Assembly: GCA_046498165.1 (NCBI GenBank)
Contig: JAWOBC010000148.1
Coordinates: 1-41,438 of the forward strand
Direction of reading: 5' to 3'
DNA length: 41,438 bases
Origin: Thermoplasmatota archaeon
GTDB taxonomy: Archaea; Thermoplasmatota; E2; DHVEG-1
The position numbers and the translations under genes were made by a program. A model generated the notes under the pieces. It saw only the letters and a list, made by a program, of their open reading frames with translations. It was not told the DNA's origin and did not search any database. The stretch's first letter is position 1; each line of letters opens with the position of its first letter. This document shows, in pieces, positions 24,824 to 34,969 of this stretch.

Positions 24824-27664
24824 ATGACTTCTTCAGTGTTTTCACGACTTCATCCTTCTATTCAATCCCTACTTGCGCATCAACAGATGCTTCATCCCAC
24901 CCAGCCTCAAAAAAAAGCAATTCCACCTATTTTAGAAAACAAGCATGTATTGTTACTAGCTCCCACAGGTCATGGTAAAACCGAAGCGGCACTGCTTCCT
25001 GTTTTTGATCAGTTTCTTCGATTTAAACAAAACAGGGCATCAGCAAAAAAGAAAGACGGTTTTTCAATTATTTATATTACCCCGCTTCGTGCGCTGAATC
25101 GAGATATGTTACGGCGGACTTTTCGTTGGGGTGAACAGTTAGGCATTCGTATTGCGGTCCGTCATGGTGACACGACGAAAAGTGAGCGGGCAAAGCAATC
25201 CCGAAATCCTCCAGATATGCTCATTACAACTCCTGAAACATTTCAAATTTTGTTTGTGGGAAAAAGACTGAGGAAACATTTACAGGCTGTTCGATGGCTT
25301 ATCATTGATGAAATCCATGAATTGGCTCATGATGAACGAGGGGCGCAACTCTCTGTTGGCATGGAACGTTTAGTTGAAATAACGAAAGAATCCCATTTAT
25401 TTCAACGAATAGGTCTTTCAGCAACGGTGGGATCAACAGAGGAAGTTTCCCATTTCCTCGCTGGTCTACAAAATAATTCTTTCCGAGAGGTAACGGTCGT
25501 AGAAGTAGATGCTATCAAAGATGTTAATCTAGAAGTGAGGCTCCCCAAAATTACTTCATTTGATCAACAGAAAGCCGCTGAGTTTTCAATGGAACCAATG
25601 TCTTTTGCAGCATTGAAGCGATCTCATACATTGATTAATGAGCATACGTCTACTCTTTTTTTTGTGAACACCCGGGATGGAGCTGAGATTTTAGCTTCTC
25701 GTTTCCATCTCTGGAAACCAGATTTATCCATTGGTGTCCATCATGGTTCACTTTCAAAACAGGCACGGGTGGAAGCTGAGGATAAATTTAAGGATGGTCG
25801 TTTTCCATCTCTTATTTGTACGTCTTCTTTAGAACTTGGTATTGATGTAGGTGACACTGATTTTATCATTCAGTATAATTCTCCTCGTGAAGTTACCCGT
25901 TTAGTGCAACGGATTGGACGATCGGGACATAAGATTGGGAAAACCTCTGCTGGAGAAATCATTGCTACAACACCTGAGGATCTCGCAGAAAGCTTAGTTA
26001 TTGGTCGGAGAATGCTTCACCGGGAACTTGAGGTGTTTGCAGTAAGAAATAATCCATTATCCGTGTTAGCGAATCAAATTATATCTATTGCTCTTGCTTC
26101 TGGGAGAATCCATAAAACGGATCTTTATGCGTTGTTGAAGCGGACGTGTTCGTTTCATCAGCTTTCAGAGAGTCAATTTAATCGCATTCTGTTACAATTG
26201 AGAAATCAAAGAAGTCTTTGGATGGAGGGCGATTATATTGGCAAACGAAGGAATTCTAGGCATTATTTTTTGGATAATATTTCTATGATTCCAGATGAAA
26301 AAACCTATATGGCGGTTGATATCTCCAGTCGAAAGAGTATTGGAAAACTTGATGAAAGCTTTGTGATCAATTGTGGATTTGAAGGAGCTAAATTTATTTT
26401 ACATGGTCGACCTTGGACGATTATAAAGATTGAAGAGGAAAAAATCCTGGTTTCTCAAACAAAAGAACTCGGTGAGATTCCATCTTGGTCTGGTGAGGAT
26501 ATTCCAGTTCCTTTTGAGGTTGCTTTAGAAGTTGGTCGTCTTCGCCGTCGGATTAGAATTGGTGAAACAATTGATGAATATCCATGTCAAAAATCAACCT
26601 TTTCTGTGTTGGAAAGTGAGATTCAAAAACAAATAAAACAGGGTTTTATTGTTCCAGATGATAAAACGATAACCCTTGAGGTGGATGATAAAACTCTAAT
26701 TATTAATTGCTGCTGTGGCACAAAAGTAAATGAGACATTGGGTCGAATTATTTCTGCTTTGCTTGCTCAATCTATTGGTGAAAGTGTGGGAATCACCAAT
26801 GATCCGTATCGAATACAGCTAGAAATGCCAGCAAGGATACCTCCACAAAGAATAAAGGGGATATTGGAAACGGTGGATCCAGATTCCTTAGAGTATCTTT
26901 TGTATACTATTCTTAGAAATTCAACATATGTTCGTTGGCAGTTGGTTCATGCCGCGAGAAAATTTGGGGCATTACGAAAAGATTTTGATTACAAAAATGT
27001 GGGTATAAAGCGATTGTTTAATTTGTTTGAGCAGAGCCCTATTTTTGAGGAGGCGGTTGATAAACTTATCTGGGAACGGATGGATATTGTTCATACTCAA
27101 CAAATCCTACAACAAATTCAACGGAAAAAAATTAAGCTTATCATTCAACGAATTTCTCCTATTGGTCAATCAGGTGGAGAAACAATGCGAGGGTTGATGG
27201 TTCCAAAGCGACCTGATCGCACTATTCTCATGGCCTTAAAAAAACGGTTGGATGATCGTAGAATCGTTCTTGGCTGTGTCAATTGTCATCATATCTGGTC
27301 TACGACGGTGGGAAGAGCACCAATTCATCCGAAATGTTCTCGATGTAATGCCATTAAAATAGCAGCGATTCCTGAGTATCGAACGGAAGAAATTGATTTG
27401 TTCAAGAAAAAAAATTTAACCGGTAACGAAAAAAGAGATTTCCGTCGATTATTGAAAAATGCAGGATTAATCCTAACATATGGAAAACCTGCTATTGCTT
27501 GTCTCATGGGAAGGGGTATTGGACCGGACACTGCAGCTAGGATTCTTAGAAAATATGATACCACGGAATTACTGAAATCTGAGGATGCTCAATTAAAGTT
27601 TTTAAGAGATATTCATAAAGCGGAGGTTCATTATGCCCAAACAAAGGGGTTCTGGGATACATAG
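24824..27664 (+). CDS. lhr: Lhr-like DEAD/DEAH-box (SF2) helicase
   Basis: It has APTGHGKTE (motif I), DEIHE (DExH), SAT and QRIGRSGH (motif VI). A long C-terminal region includes a CxxC...CxxC zinc ribbon (CVNCHH...CSRCN). Confidence 0.92.
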   Translation: MTSSVFSRLHPSIQSLLAHQQMLHPTQPQKKAIPPILENKHVLLLAPTGHGKTEAALLPVFDQFLRFKQNRASAKKKDGFSIIYITPLRALNRDMLRRTFRWGEQLGIRIAVRHGDTTKSERAKQSRNPPDMLITTPETFQILFVGKRLRKHLQAVRWLIIDEIHELAHDERGAQLSVGMERLVEITKESHLFQRIGLSATVGSTEEVSHFLAGLQNNSFREVTVVEVDAIKDVNLEVRLPKITSFDQQKAAEFSMEPMSFAALKRSHTLINEHTSTLFFVNTRDGAEILASRFHLWKPDLSIGVHHGSLSKQARVEAEDKFKDGRFPSLICTSSLELGIDVGDTDFIIQYNSPREVTRLVQRIGRSGHKIGKTSAGEIIATTPEDLAESLVIGRRMLHRELEVFAVRNNPLSVLANQIISIALASGRIHKTDLYALLKRTCSFHQLSESQFNRILLQLRNQRSLWMEGDYIGKRRNSRHYFLDNISMIPDEKTYMAVDISSRKSIGKLDESFVINCGFEGAKFILHGRPWTIIKIEEEKILVSQTKELGEIPSWSGEDIPVPFEVALEVGRLRRRIRIGETIDEYPCQKSTFSVLESEIQKQIKQGFIVPDDKTITLEVDDKTLIINCCCGTKVNETLGRIISALLAQSIGESVGITNDPYRIQLEMPARIPPQRIKGILETVDPDSLEYLLYTILRNSTYVRWQLVHAARKFGALRKDFDYKNVGIKRLFNLFEQSPIFEEAVDKLIWERMDIVHTQQILQQIQRKKIKLIIQRISPIGQSGGETMRGLMVPKRPDRTILMALKKRLDDRRIVLGCVNCHHIWSTTVGRAPIHPKCSRCNAIKIAAIPEYRTEEIDLFKKKNLTGNEKRDFRRLLKNAGLILTYGKPAIACLMGRGIGPDTAARILRKYDTTELLKSEDAQLKFLRDIHKAEVHYAQTKGFWDT

Positions 27665-27778
27665 TGAAATGAGAGTCTATCTCTAAGAATCTTTTCTGAA
27701 TTACTGATGCACCACAAGGTTTAAAACAATTGTTATATTGCCTAACCATACAGAAGCAAAAAAAATTTGGGTTGTTCA

Positions 27779-28348
27779 ATGAAAAAAAATATAGTTTTAC
27801 CTGGTGATAAATTATCGACATCTGAGGAACTTCTTGCAGGAGAAGGCACCTTTGAAGAAGATGGAATTATTCGTGCCGCTCGCATGGGAGAATATATCGT
27901 AGATTCAAAAGATAGACAGGCGACTGTAAAACCAATGACGAGTATCCCTGTTCTTCTTAACAAAGGAGATACGGTGCTTGCAGAGGTAGGTTCAGTTCGA
28001 TCCTCTATGGTGATTGCTGAAGTTATTCATGTTATCGGGAAACAACGACCAATTTCTGGAGATACGAATGGAACACTTCATATCTCAGAGATATCCAGTG
28101 GTTATGTGAAGGATCCAACTGATGTTTATTCGCTGGGGGATATCTTCCGAGCTAAAGTCATTCAGGTAACCCCAAGTGTTCAACTGACGACCAAGGGAAA
28201 TAATTTTGGTGTTATCAAAGCACTATGTGCTGAATGTCGTCATTTTCTGGAAAGTAAAGGGAACATCCTTGAATGTCCCGTATGCAGTCATAAAGAAAAA
28301 CGAAAAATGGCTCATGATTATGGAAATTATGATATCCACAAATTATAA
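27779..28348 (+). CDS. csl4: Exosome complex RNA-binding protein Csl4
   Basis: The N-terminus reads VLPGDKL...GEGT. It has an S1-like core and a C-terminal zinc ribbon (CAECRHF...CPVCSH). The ATG at 27779 is preferred to the TTG at 27767. Confidence 0.85.
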   Translation: MKKNIVLPGDKLSTSEELLAGEGTFEEDGIIRAARMGEYIVDSKDRQATVKPMTSIPVLLNKGDTVLAEVGSVRSSMVIAEVIHVIGKQRPISGDTNGTLHISEISSGYVKDPTDVYSLGDIFRAKVIQVTPSVQLTTKGNNFGVIKALCAECRHFLESKGNILECPVCSHKEKRKMAHDYGNYDIHKL

Positions 28349-28394
28349 ACAGTATCCTTATTAACAAATCTGATATAACAAGGGGAAGTAAACT

Positions 28395-28715
28395 ATGGAA
28401 ATGAAAACCATAAAAAGCACATCAAAACAAATTGAGGTTGAGATTATCGATGAAAATGAAACATTGCTCAATCCAATTACACAGGTTCTTCTTCAGCAGG
28501 ATGAAGTTGAGTATGCATCAACCATTACAAAACATCCTGCTGCACCATCAAGACGGTTATATCTCCGATTGAAGGCAGGAACGAAATCAAAACCTGAAAC
28601 TATTTTAAAAAAAGCAGTGAAAGAGGTTCAAAAGCAGGTGAAGATGTTTAAAAAGGAATATGAAAAAGCACGTCCTTCATCTCAAACTTCGACCAAAAAG
28701 AAATCATCAAGCTAA
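28395..28715 (+). CDS. rpoL: DNA-directed RNA polymerase subunit L (Rpo11), divergent
   Basis: The pattern IEVEIIDENETLLNPI...VEYASTITKHP...LYLRLKAG...P fits the RpoL/Rpb11 fold signature. The csl4-rpoL adjacency is common in archaea. Confidence 0.6.
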   Translation: MEMKTIKSTSKQIEVEIIDENETLLNPITQVLLQQDEVEYASTITKHPAAPSRRLYLRLKAGTKSKPETILKKAVKEVQKQVKMFKKEYEKARPSSQTSTKKKSSS

Positions 28716-28724
28716 TTTGTATGC

Positions 28725-30035
28725 ATGCAAGCTTCTGTCGTAGAACAAAGCATTGGTATTAATACTTTTTTTTCAGAGTATCAGGGGATTAATGGAAATC
28801 TTCGCACCTTGCCATCTGATTTCAGGGTCTGTGAAATCCCTCTCTCATTTTCTGAAGCTTCAAAGGCTAAATTTTCTATTGCTAAAATTACTGCAGAGAA
28901 TTGGGAAACGAATCATCTCATCCGCGTGCTTTCTAAAAAATTGCATATTTCCCGCAAACGAATTTCCTTTGCAGGTACAAAAGATAAACGATCAATAAGT
29001 ACGCAATATTTTTCCTTTTACCGAGTGAAACCTGATAAAATAAAAGAGATTTACTTAAAAGATGTTTCAATCGATGAGGTCTTTGCTTCAAAAACTGGCC
29101 TTCATCTTGGGGATTTGGTTGGTAATGATTTCAGGATTATCGTGAGAAATATTGAGAACAACATGGATTTAAACACGGTTCAATCCTGTTTTATTTCTTT
29201 CCAAAAGATTCAGGGTTTTCCAAATTTTTTTGGAGTACAACGATTTGGAATTATTCGACCATTAACTCATATTGTGGGAAAACATCTGGTTGAAGGTGAT
29301 TTTGAAAAAGCAGTGATGACCTATCTTACTGCTGTATTTGAAGATGATAATACGCAGTGTAATCAGATCAGAAAACAGCTAGCTACGACCGGTGATATAA
29401 AGCAGGCGCTTATTGATTTTCCAAATCATTTACAGTTTGAAAAAGCAATGCTCAATCATCTAGTGGGCCATCCTGATGATTATATAGGTGCATTGAAACA
29501 ATTACCAAATAATTTGTTGACTATGTTTGTGTATGCGTTTCAGTCTTATCTTTTTAATAAAATGCTGAGTAAACGAATCCAAATGGGGCTTCCTTTGCAT
29601 CAAGCTATTGAAGGTGATGTTGTTCTCCCTGTTCGCCATGGGCAAATCTTAGATGAATGTGTTCCTGTTTCTTCGCAAAATATTGATAAAGTCAACAAAC
29701 AGCTGAAAAAAAAGAAGGGTTATGTGAGTAGTATTCTTTTAGGCAGTGATTCTACTTTTTCTAAAGGGATGATGGGTGAAATTGAGCATCGCATCGTTGA
29801 AGATGAGCAGATTGATTATCGAAATTTTATCATTCCAGAACTCCCTGCTGCCTCTTCGTATGGGAAACGCAGAGCGCTTTTTGCCCCACTGGAAAATCTT
29901 TCTTACTCGATTAGGGATGATTCGATTAATAGTGATAAAAAAGCGGTGACTGTTTCCTTCCGCTTGTTAAAAGGCTGTTATGCGACCTCTTTTCTTAGAG
30001 AGATTATGAAAGCAAAGGATATTACCCAATATTAA
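28725..30035 (+). CDS. truD: tRNA pseudouridine synthase TruD/Pus7 family
   Basis: It has the FAGTKDKRSISTQ catalytic Asp motif and FPNFFGVQRFG. Confidence 0.9.
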   Translation: MQASVVEQSIGINTFFSEYQGINGNLRTLPSDFRVCEIPLSFSEASKAKFSIAKITAENWETNHLIRVLSKKLHISRKRISFAGTKDKRSISTQYFSFYRVKPDKIKEIYLKDVSIDEVFASKTGLHLGDLVGNDFRIIVRNIENNMDLNTVQSCFISFQKIQGFPNFFGVQRFGIIRPLTHIVGKHLVEGDFEKAVMTYLTAVFEDDNTQCNQIRKQLATTGDIKQALIDFPNHLQFEKAMLNHLVGHPDDYIGALKQLPNNLLTMFVYAFQSYLFNKMLSKRIQMGLPLHQAIEGDVVLPVRHGQILDECVPVSSQNIDKVNKQLKKKKGYVSSILLGSDSTFSKGMMGEIEHRIVEDEQIDYRNFIIPELPAASSYGKRRALFAPLENLSYSIRDDSINSDKKAVTVSFRLLKGCYATSFLREIMKAKDITQY

Positions 30036-30171
30036 AAGGAGAATATCGATACATGAGTTGTTTGCATATTTTTTTGGAAAATGGTTAAAAAAATATGGTC
30101 ATCCAATGTGTTCGATACATTTAAATGATGTATAATTGTTTAAGCGTTTTTATAAAATGAGGTAAGATAAC

Positions 30172-30735
30172 ATGGGCATATTACTTATTGTCGGCATTGT
30201 TGTATTGATACTGATCGTCTTTTTTGCGCTGATTTATTGGGGATTTTACAATAAAATCATTCGGCTTGAAAACAGAATCGATAATTCCTGGGCACAAATA
30301 GATGTGCAATTGAAAAGAAGAGCTGATTTGATTCCTAATCTGATGGAAACCGTGAAAGGATATATGACTCATGAAAAAGAAGTTTTGGAAAATGTGACCA
30401 AAGCTCGTTCAGCGTTGATGTCTGCGGAAACACCACAAGATAACATTGAGGCAGATAACATGTTAACTGGTGCATTGAAATCATTGTTCGCTGTTTCTGA
30501 GAATTATCCAGATTTAAAAGCAAATCAGAATTTTCTGAATCTTCAAGATGAGTTAACCCATACGGAGGATAAAATTGCTTATTCCCGTCAACATTATAAT
30601 GATTCTGTGCTTGCGTTTAACAATATTGTGGAAACCATTCCAGGTGTATGGTTTGCAAATCGAATGGGAAAAACTACCAAAGATATGCTGAGGATACCTG
30701 AGGAATCAAAAGAACTTCCAAAAGTTGAATTCTGA
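30172..30735 (+). CDS. lemA: LemA family protein
   Basis: An N-terminal TM helix is followed by YNKIIRLENRIDNSWAQIDVQLKRRADLIPNL. Confidence 0.9.
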   Translation: MGILLIVGIVVLILIVFFALIYWGFYNKIIRLENRIDNSWAQIDVQLKRRADLIPNLMETVKGYMTHEKEVLENVTKARSALMSAETPQDNIEADNMLTGALKSLFAVSENYPDLKANQNFLNLQDELTHTEDKIAYSRQHYNDSVLAFNNIVETIPGVWFANRMGKTTKDMLRIPEESKELPKVEF

Positions 30736-30758
30736 ATTAATTATTCTAGATTGTTTGG

Positions 30759-31670
30759 ATGGCCATGGCTCAAAAAATGCTGATTGAGGATCATATCAAA
30801 CATAACAAGCGGATGACGTTTGTTATTTGCACCTTGATGGCATTATTATTTATTGGTTTTGTCTTTGCTATTGGCTATATTTATTTTGGAAACATCTATA
30901 TTTCCTTGTTTTTTGCTGTTCCTATTGCGGTAGTCTATATCGCTATCACGTATTCTTTTTCAGTGAAAACTGTTCTTTCTGCTGCAAAGGCTCGACCGGC
31001 AAATCCACGGGTTCGTGAAGAAAAACTACTGATCTATAAGGTTGAGGAAATGGCTATTGCTGCAGGGATTCCCACTCCTAAGGTTTACATTCAGGAATCA
31101 GATATCATTAATGCCTTTGCTACTGGAAAAAAACCAGAGGAAGCAATTATTTGTGCTACCATTGGGGCTATCCGGAAATTAAAAAATGATGAACTGGAAG
31201 GAGTTATTGCTCATGAAATGAGCCATATTAAAAATCATGATATTCTGATTGCTACCGTTACTATTGGTGTGGTAGGAGCGATTTCACTTATCGCTGAGAT
31301 TATTTTTTATTCTTTTTTATGGGGTGGAGGAGTACGTGGCAGACGAAATGACGGAAATGGTATCTTGATACTGGTTGCTATTTTGTTAGCGATACTGGCC
31401 CCCATATTCGCTCGATTGACCTATTTAGCTATCTCAAGGAAACGGGAGTATCTTGCAGATTCAAATGGGGCCTATCTTTCCCGGAACCCTGAAGGACTGG
31501 CAAAGGCCTTAGAGCGGATAAAACAGGATCATCCTCGGGAGAAACCTAAGGGCTCAAAAACGGTGGCTCCCTTATATCTTTCAAATCCCTTTAAAGACCA
31601 AAATATGAAATCTTTGTGGGCGACTCATCCTCCTATAGATGAGCGCATTAGAAGGCTTCGGTCAATGTAG
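30759..31670 (+). CDS. htpX: M48-family zinc metalloprotease HtpX
   Basis: It has the HEMSHIKNHD (HExxH) motif, four TM segments and C-terminal THPPIDERI. Confidence 0.9.
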   Translation: MAMAQKMLIEDHIKHNKRMTFVICTLMALLFIGFVFAIGYIYFGNIYISLFFAVPIAVVYIAITYSFSVKTVLSAAKARPANPRVREEKLLIYKVEEMAIAAGIPTPKVYIQESDIINAFATGKKPEEAIICATIGAIRKLKNDELEGVIAHEMSHIKNHDILIATVTIGVVGAISLIAEIIFYSFLWGGGVRGRRNDGNGILILVAILLAILAPIFARLTYLAISRKREYLADSNGAYLSRNPEGLAKALERIKQDHPREKPKGSKTVAPLYLSNPFKDQNMKSLWATHPPIDERIRRLRSM

Positions 31671-31805
31671 ATGCTTTTAGTTCGATTACAAAAATACAGG
31701 TTTTTTTTGTAAAATTATATTGATGTAACGGATGGAAATGGTTTTAACCGAGGTACCTTATTAAGGGAGCGATTTAAGCAATAATAGTCATAAAATGCGT
31801 TTGTC

Positions 31806-34800
31806 TTGGTGAACGGAAAAATGATACAATCTCCACCGCAGAAATATAATCCCAAAGCCGTTGAACAAAAAATCCTTGACTTTTGGAAAGAACAAAAAAT
31901 CTTTCATAAATCAATTGAACAAAGAAAAAATAGTGAACCATATGTGTTTCTTGAAGGTCCACCAACGGCCAATGGGATGCCTCATCCAGGGCATGTCTTG
32001 ACTCGTGTAGTGAAGGATTTGATCCTTCGGTATCAAACCATGCATGATCATTATATCCTTCGGAAAGCAGGATGGGATACTCATGGGCTCCCTGTTGAAA
32101 TCGAGGTAGAGAAAAAACTGGGATTACATGATAAAAATGATGTAGAAACCTTTGGGTTAAAAAAATTTAATAAGGAATGCGAACACAGCGTCTTCAAATA
32201 TGAACATGCTTGGGTGGAGATGACCGAACGTATTGGATTTTGGCTTGATATGGATCATCCCTACATTACCCTAAAAAATGATTATATTGAATCAGTTTGG
32301 TGGTCACTTCAGCAAGCTTGGAAGAAAAAACTGCTCTATAAAGGCCATAAGGTTGTTCCCTATTGTCCTCGTTGTGGTACTGCGCTTTCTGCTCATGAGG
32401 TTGCTCAGGGCTATAAAGCAGTGGAAGAACCATCTATTTTTGTGAAATTCAAAATCAAAGATGATGATGCGTTTTTGTTGGCTTGGACGACGACACCATG
32501 GACATTACTATCTAATGTCGCTCTTGCTGTTCATCCAGATGAACTTTACATAAAAATTAGATATCATGGGGAAACCATGATTCTAGCTGAAGAACGAGCT
32601 GCGAGTTTGTTAAAAGGTCAGGATTATGAGCTCATTGACGGTTTTAAAGGTAAGGAATTAAAAGGAATGGAATATGAACCATTGTTTTCATTTGCTTCTT
32701 CTGAAAAAAAGGCCTGGTATGTCATCCTTGCTGATTTTGTTACTATGGATGAAGGAACAGGTATCGTTCATATCGCTCCAGCATTTGGAGAGGATGATTA
32801 TAATGTAGGTATTGAACATGATTTGCCGGTGATTCAGCTCGTCAAGCTTGATGGAACATTTAAAGATGAAGTTGGTCCTTGGAAGGGCGAATTTGTAAAA
32901 GATGCGGACCCTAAAATCATTAAACATCTTGATGAACGTGGTTTATTGGAGGGCGTAAAGGATTATGAGCATGATTACCCGTTCTGCTGGAGATGTGATT
33001 CACCGTTGTTGTATTATGCCATGGAATCCTGGTTTATTGCCATGTCAAAAGTGCAGGATGATCTCATTGATAATAATAATCAGATTCATTGGTATCCATC
33101 TCATCTACAGCAGGGTCGTTTTGGTGCTTTTATTAATGATGTGAAGGATTGGGCATTGTCAAGAAAACGATATTGGGGAACGCCACTTCCTATTTGGACG
33201 TGTGAAAACAGAGATTGTAAGAAACAGCTGTGTGTGGGTAGTGTTGAAGAGTTAAAAAAGTTAAGTGAAAACTTTACTGATGATTATGATTTGCATAAAC
33301 CCTATGTGGATGAATTGAAAATCAAATGTCCTGAGTGCAATTCTTTAATGAAACGGGAACCAGAGGTGATTGATTGCTGGTATGATTCTGGATCATCTTT
33401 TTTCGCTCAGTGGCATTATCCATTTGAAAACAAAGAATTATTTAAAGAAAATTTTCCAGTTGATTTCATTAGTGAAGCTCTTGATCAAACCCGTGGTTGG
33501 TTTTACTCATTGCTTGCTATCTCAACTTTTTTATTTAACAAACCATCATATAAGAATGTGCTGACCTTAGGCTTGGTGCTTGATAAAAATAATCAAAAGA
33601 TGAGTAAGAGTAAACGTAATTATGTGGATCCAACTCATATCATTGATCATGAAGGAGCTGATGCTCTTCGTTGGTATCTTCTCTCGGCAAATGCTCCTTG
33701 GACTTCAACACGGTTTTTTGAAGAAGCAGTAAAAGAAACCTTAGCTAAATTTATTTTAACATTATGGAATTCATATAATTTCTTTACCACGTATGCTTCT
33801 CTTGATACGTTTGACCCAAAAAAAGATATGGTTTCTATGGGGAAACGTTCATTGCTTGATAAATGGATTCTCAGCCGCTTTCATCAAACCTTGCATATCG
33901 TGCAAAATGAGATGTCTTCTTTTTCATTACATAAAGCTGCACGAGCTATTGAACAGTTTCTCTCCGATGATTTCAGCAATTGGTATCTAAGACGATCTCG
34001 GAAACGATTATGGGTGGAGGAAAAAACCACTGATAAGATGGCGGGTTATTCTACCATCTATGAGGTTTTCCTTGGCTTAACAAAGATGCTTGCTCCTTTT
34101 ACTCCATTTATCGCTGAGGAAATGTTTCAGAATCTTCACACGGAGGATATGAAGGAAAGTGTTCATCTTTGTGATTATCCACATTATGAATCCGATTATG
34201 TGGATGAAGAACTGGAAGAGGGGATGCAGCAGATTCGATCGTTGGTAGAAGTTGGTCGAGCATTAAGATCTAAGATTGGTATCAAAGTCCGTTATCCTCT
34301 TTCTCGGGCAACATTGGTCTGTAGCAAAGAAGTTGAACAAAAAATCAAACCACTTCTTGATTTATTAAATGAAGAAATCAATGTGAAAAAGATTGTTTTT
34401 GATCGAAACACAGATCAGTTTATGACTCAGGAGGTAAAACCAAATTATGGTGTGCTTGGACCTCGATTAAAGGGAAAAGCAAAACAGGTCTTTTCTCAAC
34501 TGCAGTCAATGGATGCAAAGAAATTGTATCAGCAGTTAAAAAAAGATGGAACCGTTGAGATTCAGATAGATGATGAGCTGATTTCCTTATCTATGGATGA
34601 TTTTGTTATGGTAGAGCAGGAGAAAGAACATATCGCTCGTACAGAAACCGGTGATGCGGTACTTCTGCTTGAAACTGAATTAACTGAGGAACTGGAAGCT
34701 GAAGGTTTTGCTCGAGAGATTGTTCGTCGTATTCAATCGATGAGAAAGGAACTTGATCTTGATGTTGAACAGCATATTATGACTTCGCTTTTTATCCCTG

Positions 34801-34952
34801 ATGAGAAAAAAAGTGCTCTTTGTAAATGGGAATCATATATTCAGGATGAAACCCGCTCGAAATCCCTTGTTTTTAGCCAGAAACCAACAGGTAAACTAGT
34901 GAAAACCTGGGATATCCAAGGAATTAAGATTATCATTGGGGTTAATCCATAA
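31806..34952 (+). CDS. ileS: Isoleucine--tRNA ligase
   Basis: It has PPTANGMPHPGHV (HIGH), KMSKSKRN, an editing domain and CxxC pairs. The ATG at 31821 is a possible true start. Confidence 0.95.
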   Translation: MVNGKMIQSPPQKYNPKAVEQKILDFWKEQKIFHKSIEQRKNSEPYVFLEGPPTANGMPHPGHVLTRVVKDLILRYQTMHDHYILRKAGWDTHGLPVEIEVEKKLGLHDKNDVETFGLKKFNKECEHSVFKYEHAWVEMTERIGFWLDMDHPYITLKNDYIESVWWSLQQAWKKKLLYKGHKVVPYCPRCGTALSAHEVAQGYKAVEEPSIFVKFKIKDDDAFLLAWTTTPWTLLSNVALAVHPDELYIKIRYHGETMILAEERAASLLKGQDYELIDGFKGKELKGMEYEPLFSFASSEKKAWYVILADFVTMDEGTGIVHIAPAFGEDDYNVGIEHDLPVIQLVKLDGTFKDEVGPWKGEFVKDADPKIIKHLDERGLLEGVKDYEHDYPFCWRCDSPLLYYAMESWFIAMSKVQDDLIDNNNQIHWYPSHLQQGRFGAFINDVKDWALSRKRYWGTPLPIWTCENRDCKKQLCVGSVEELKKLSENFTDDYDLHKPYVDELKIKCPECNSLMKREPEVIDCWYDSGSSFFAQWHYPFENKELFKENFPVDFISEALDQTRGWFYSLLAISTFLFNKPSYKNVLTLGLVLDKNNQKMSKSKRNYVDPTHIIDHEGADALRWYLLSANAPWTSTRFFEEAVKETLAKFILTLWNSYNFFTTYASLDTFDPKKDMVSMGKRSLLDKWILSRFHQTLHIVQNEMSSFSLHKAARAIEQFLSDDFSNWYLRRSRKRLWVEEKTTDKMAGYSTIYEVFLGLTKMLAPFTPFIAEEMFQNLHTEDMKESVHLCDYPHYESDYVDEELEEGMQQIRSLVEVGRALRSKIGIKVRYPLSRATLVCSKEVEQKIKPLLDLLNEEINVKKIVFDRNTDQFMTQEVKPNYGVLGPRLKGKAKQVFSQLQSMDAKKLYQQLKKDGTVEIQIDDELISLSMDDFVMVEQEKEHIARTETGDAVLLLETELTEELEAEGFAREIVRRIQSMRKELDLDVEQHIMTSLFIPDEKKSALCKWESYIQDETRSKSLVFSQKPTGKLVKTWDIQGIKIIIGVNP

Positions 34953-34969
34953 AACATGATTTTTTTTTA

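Noticed and set aside
27546-27963. Two minus-strand ORFs (91 and 73 aa) between lhr and csl4.
   Set aside because: They are antisense to the lhr 3' end and the csl4 5' end, with no motifs. They are shadow ORFs.
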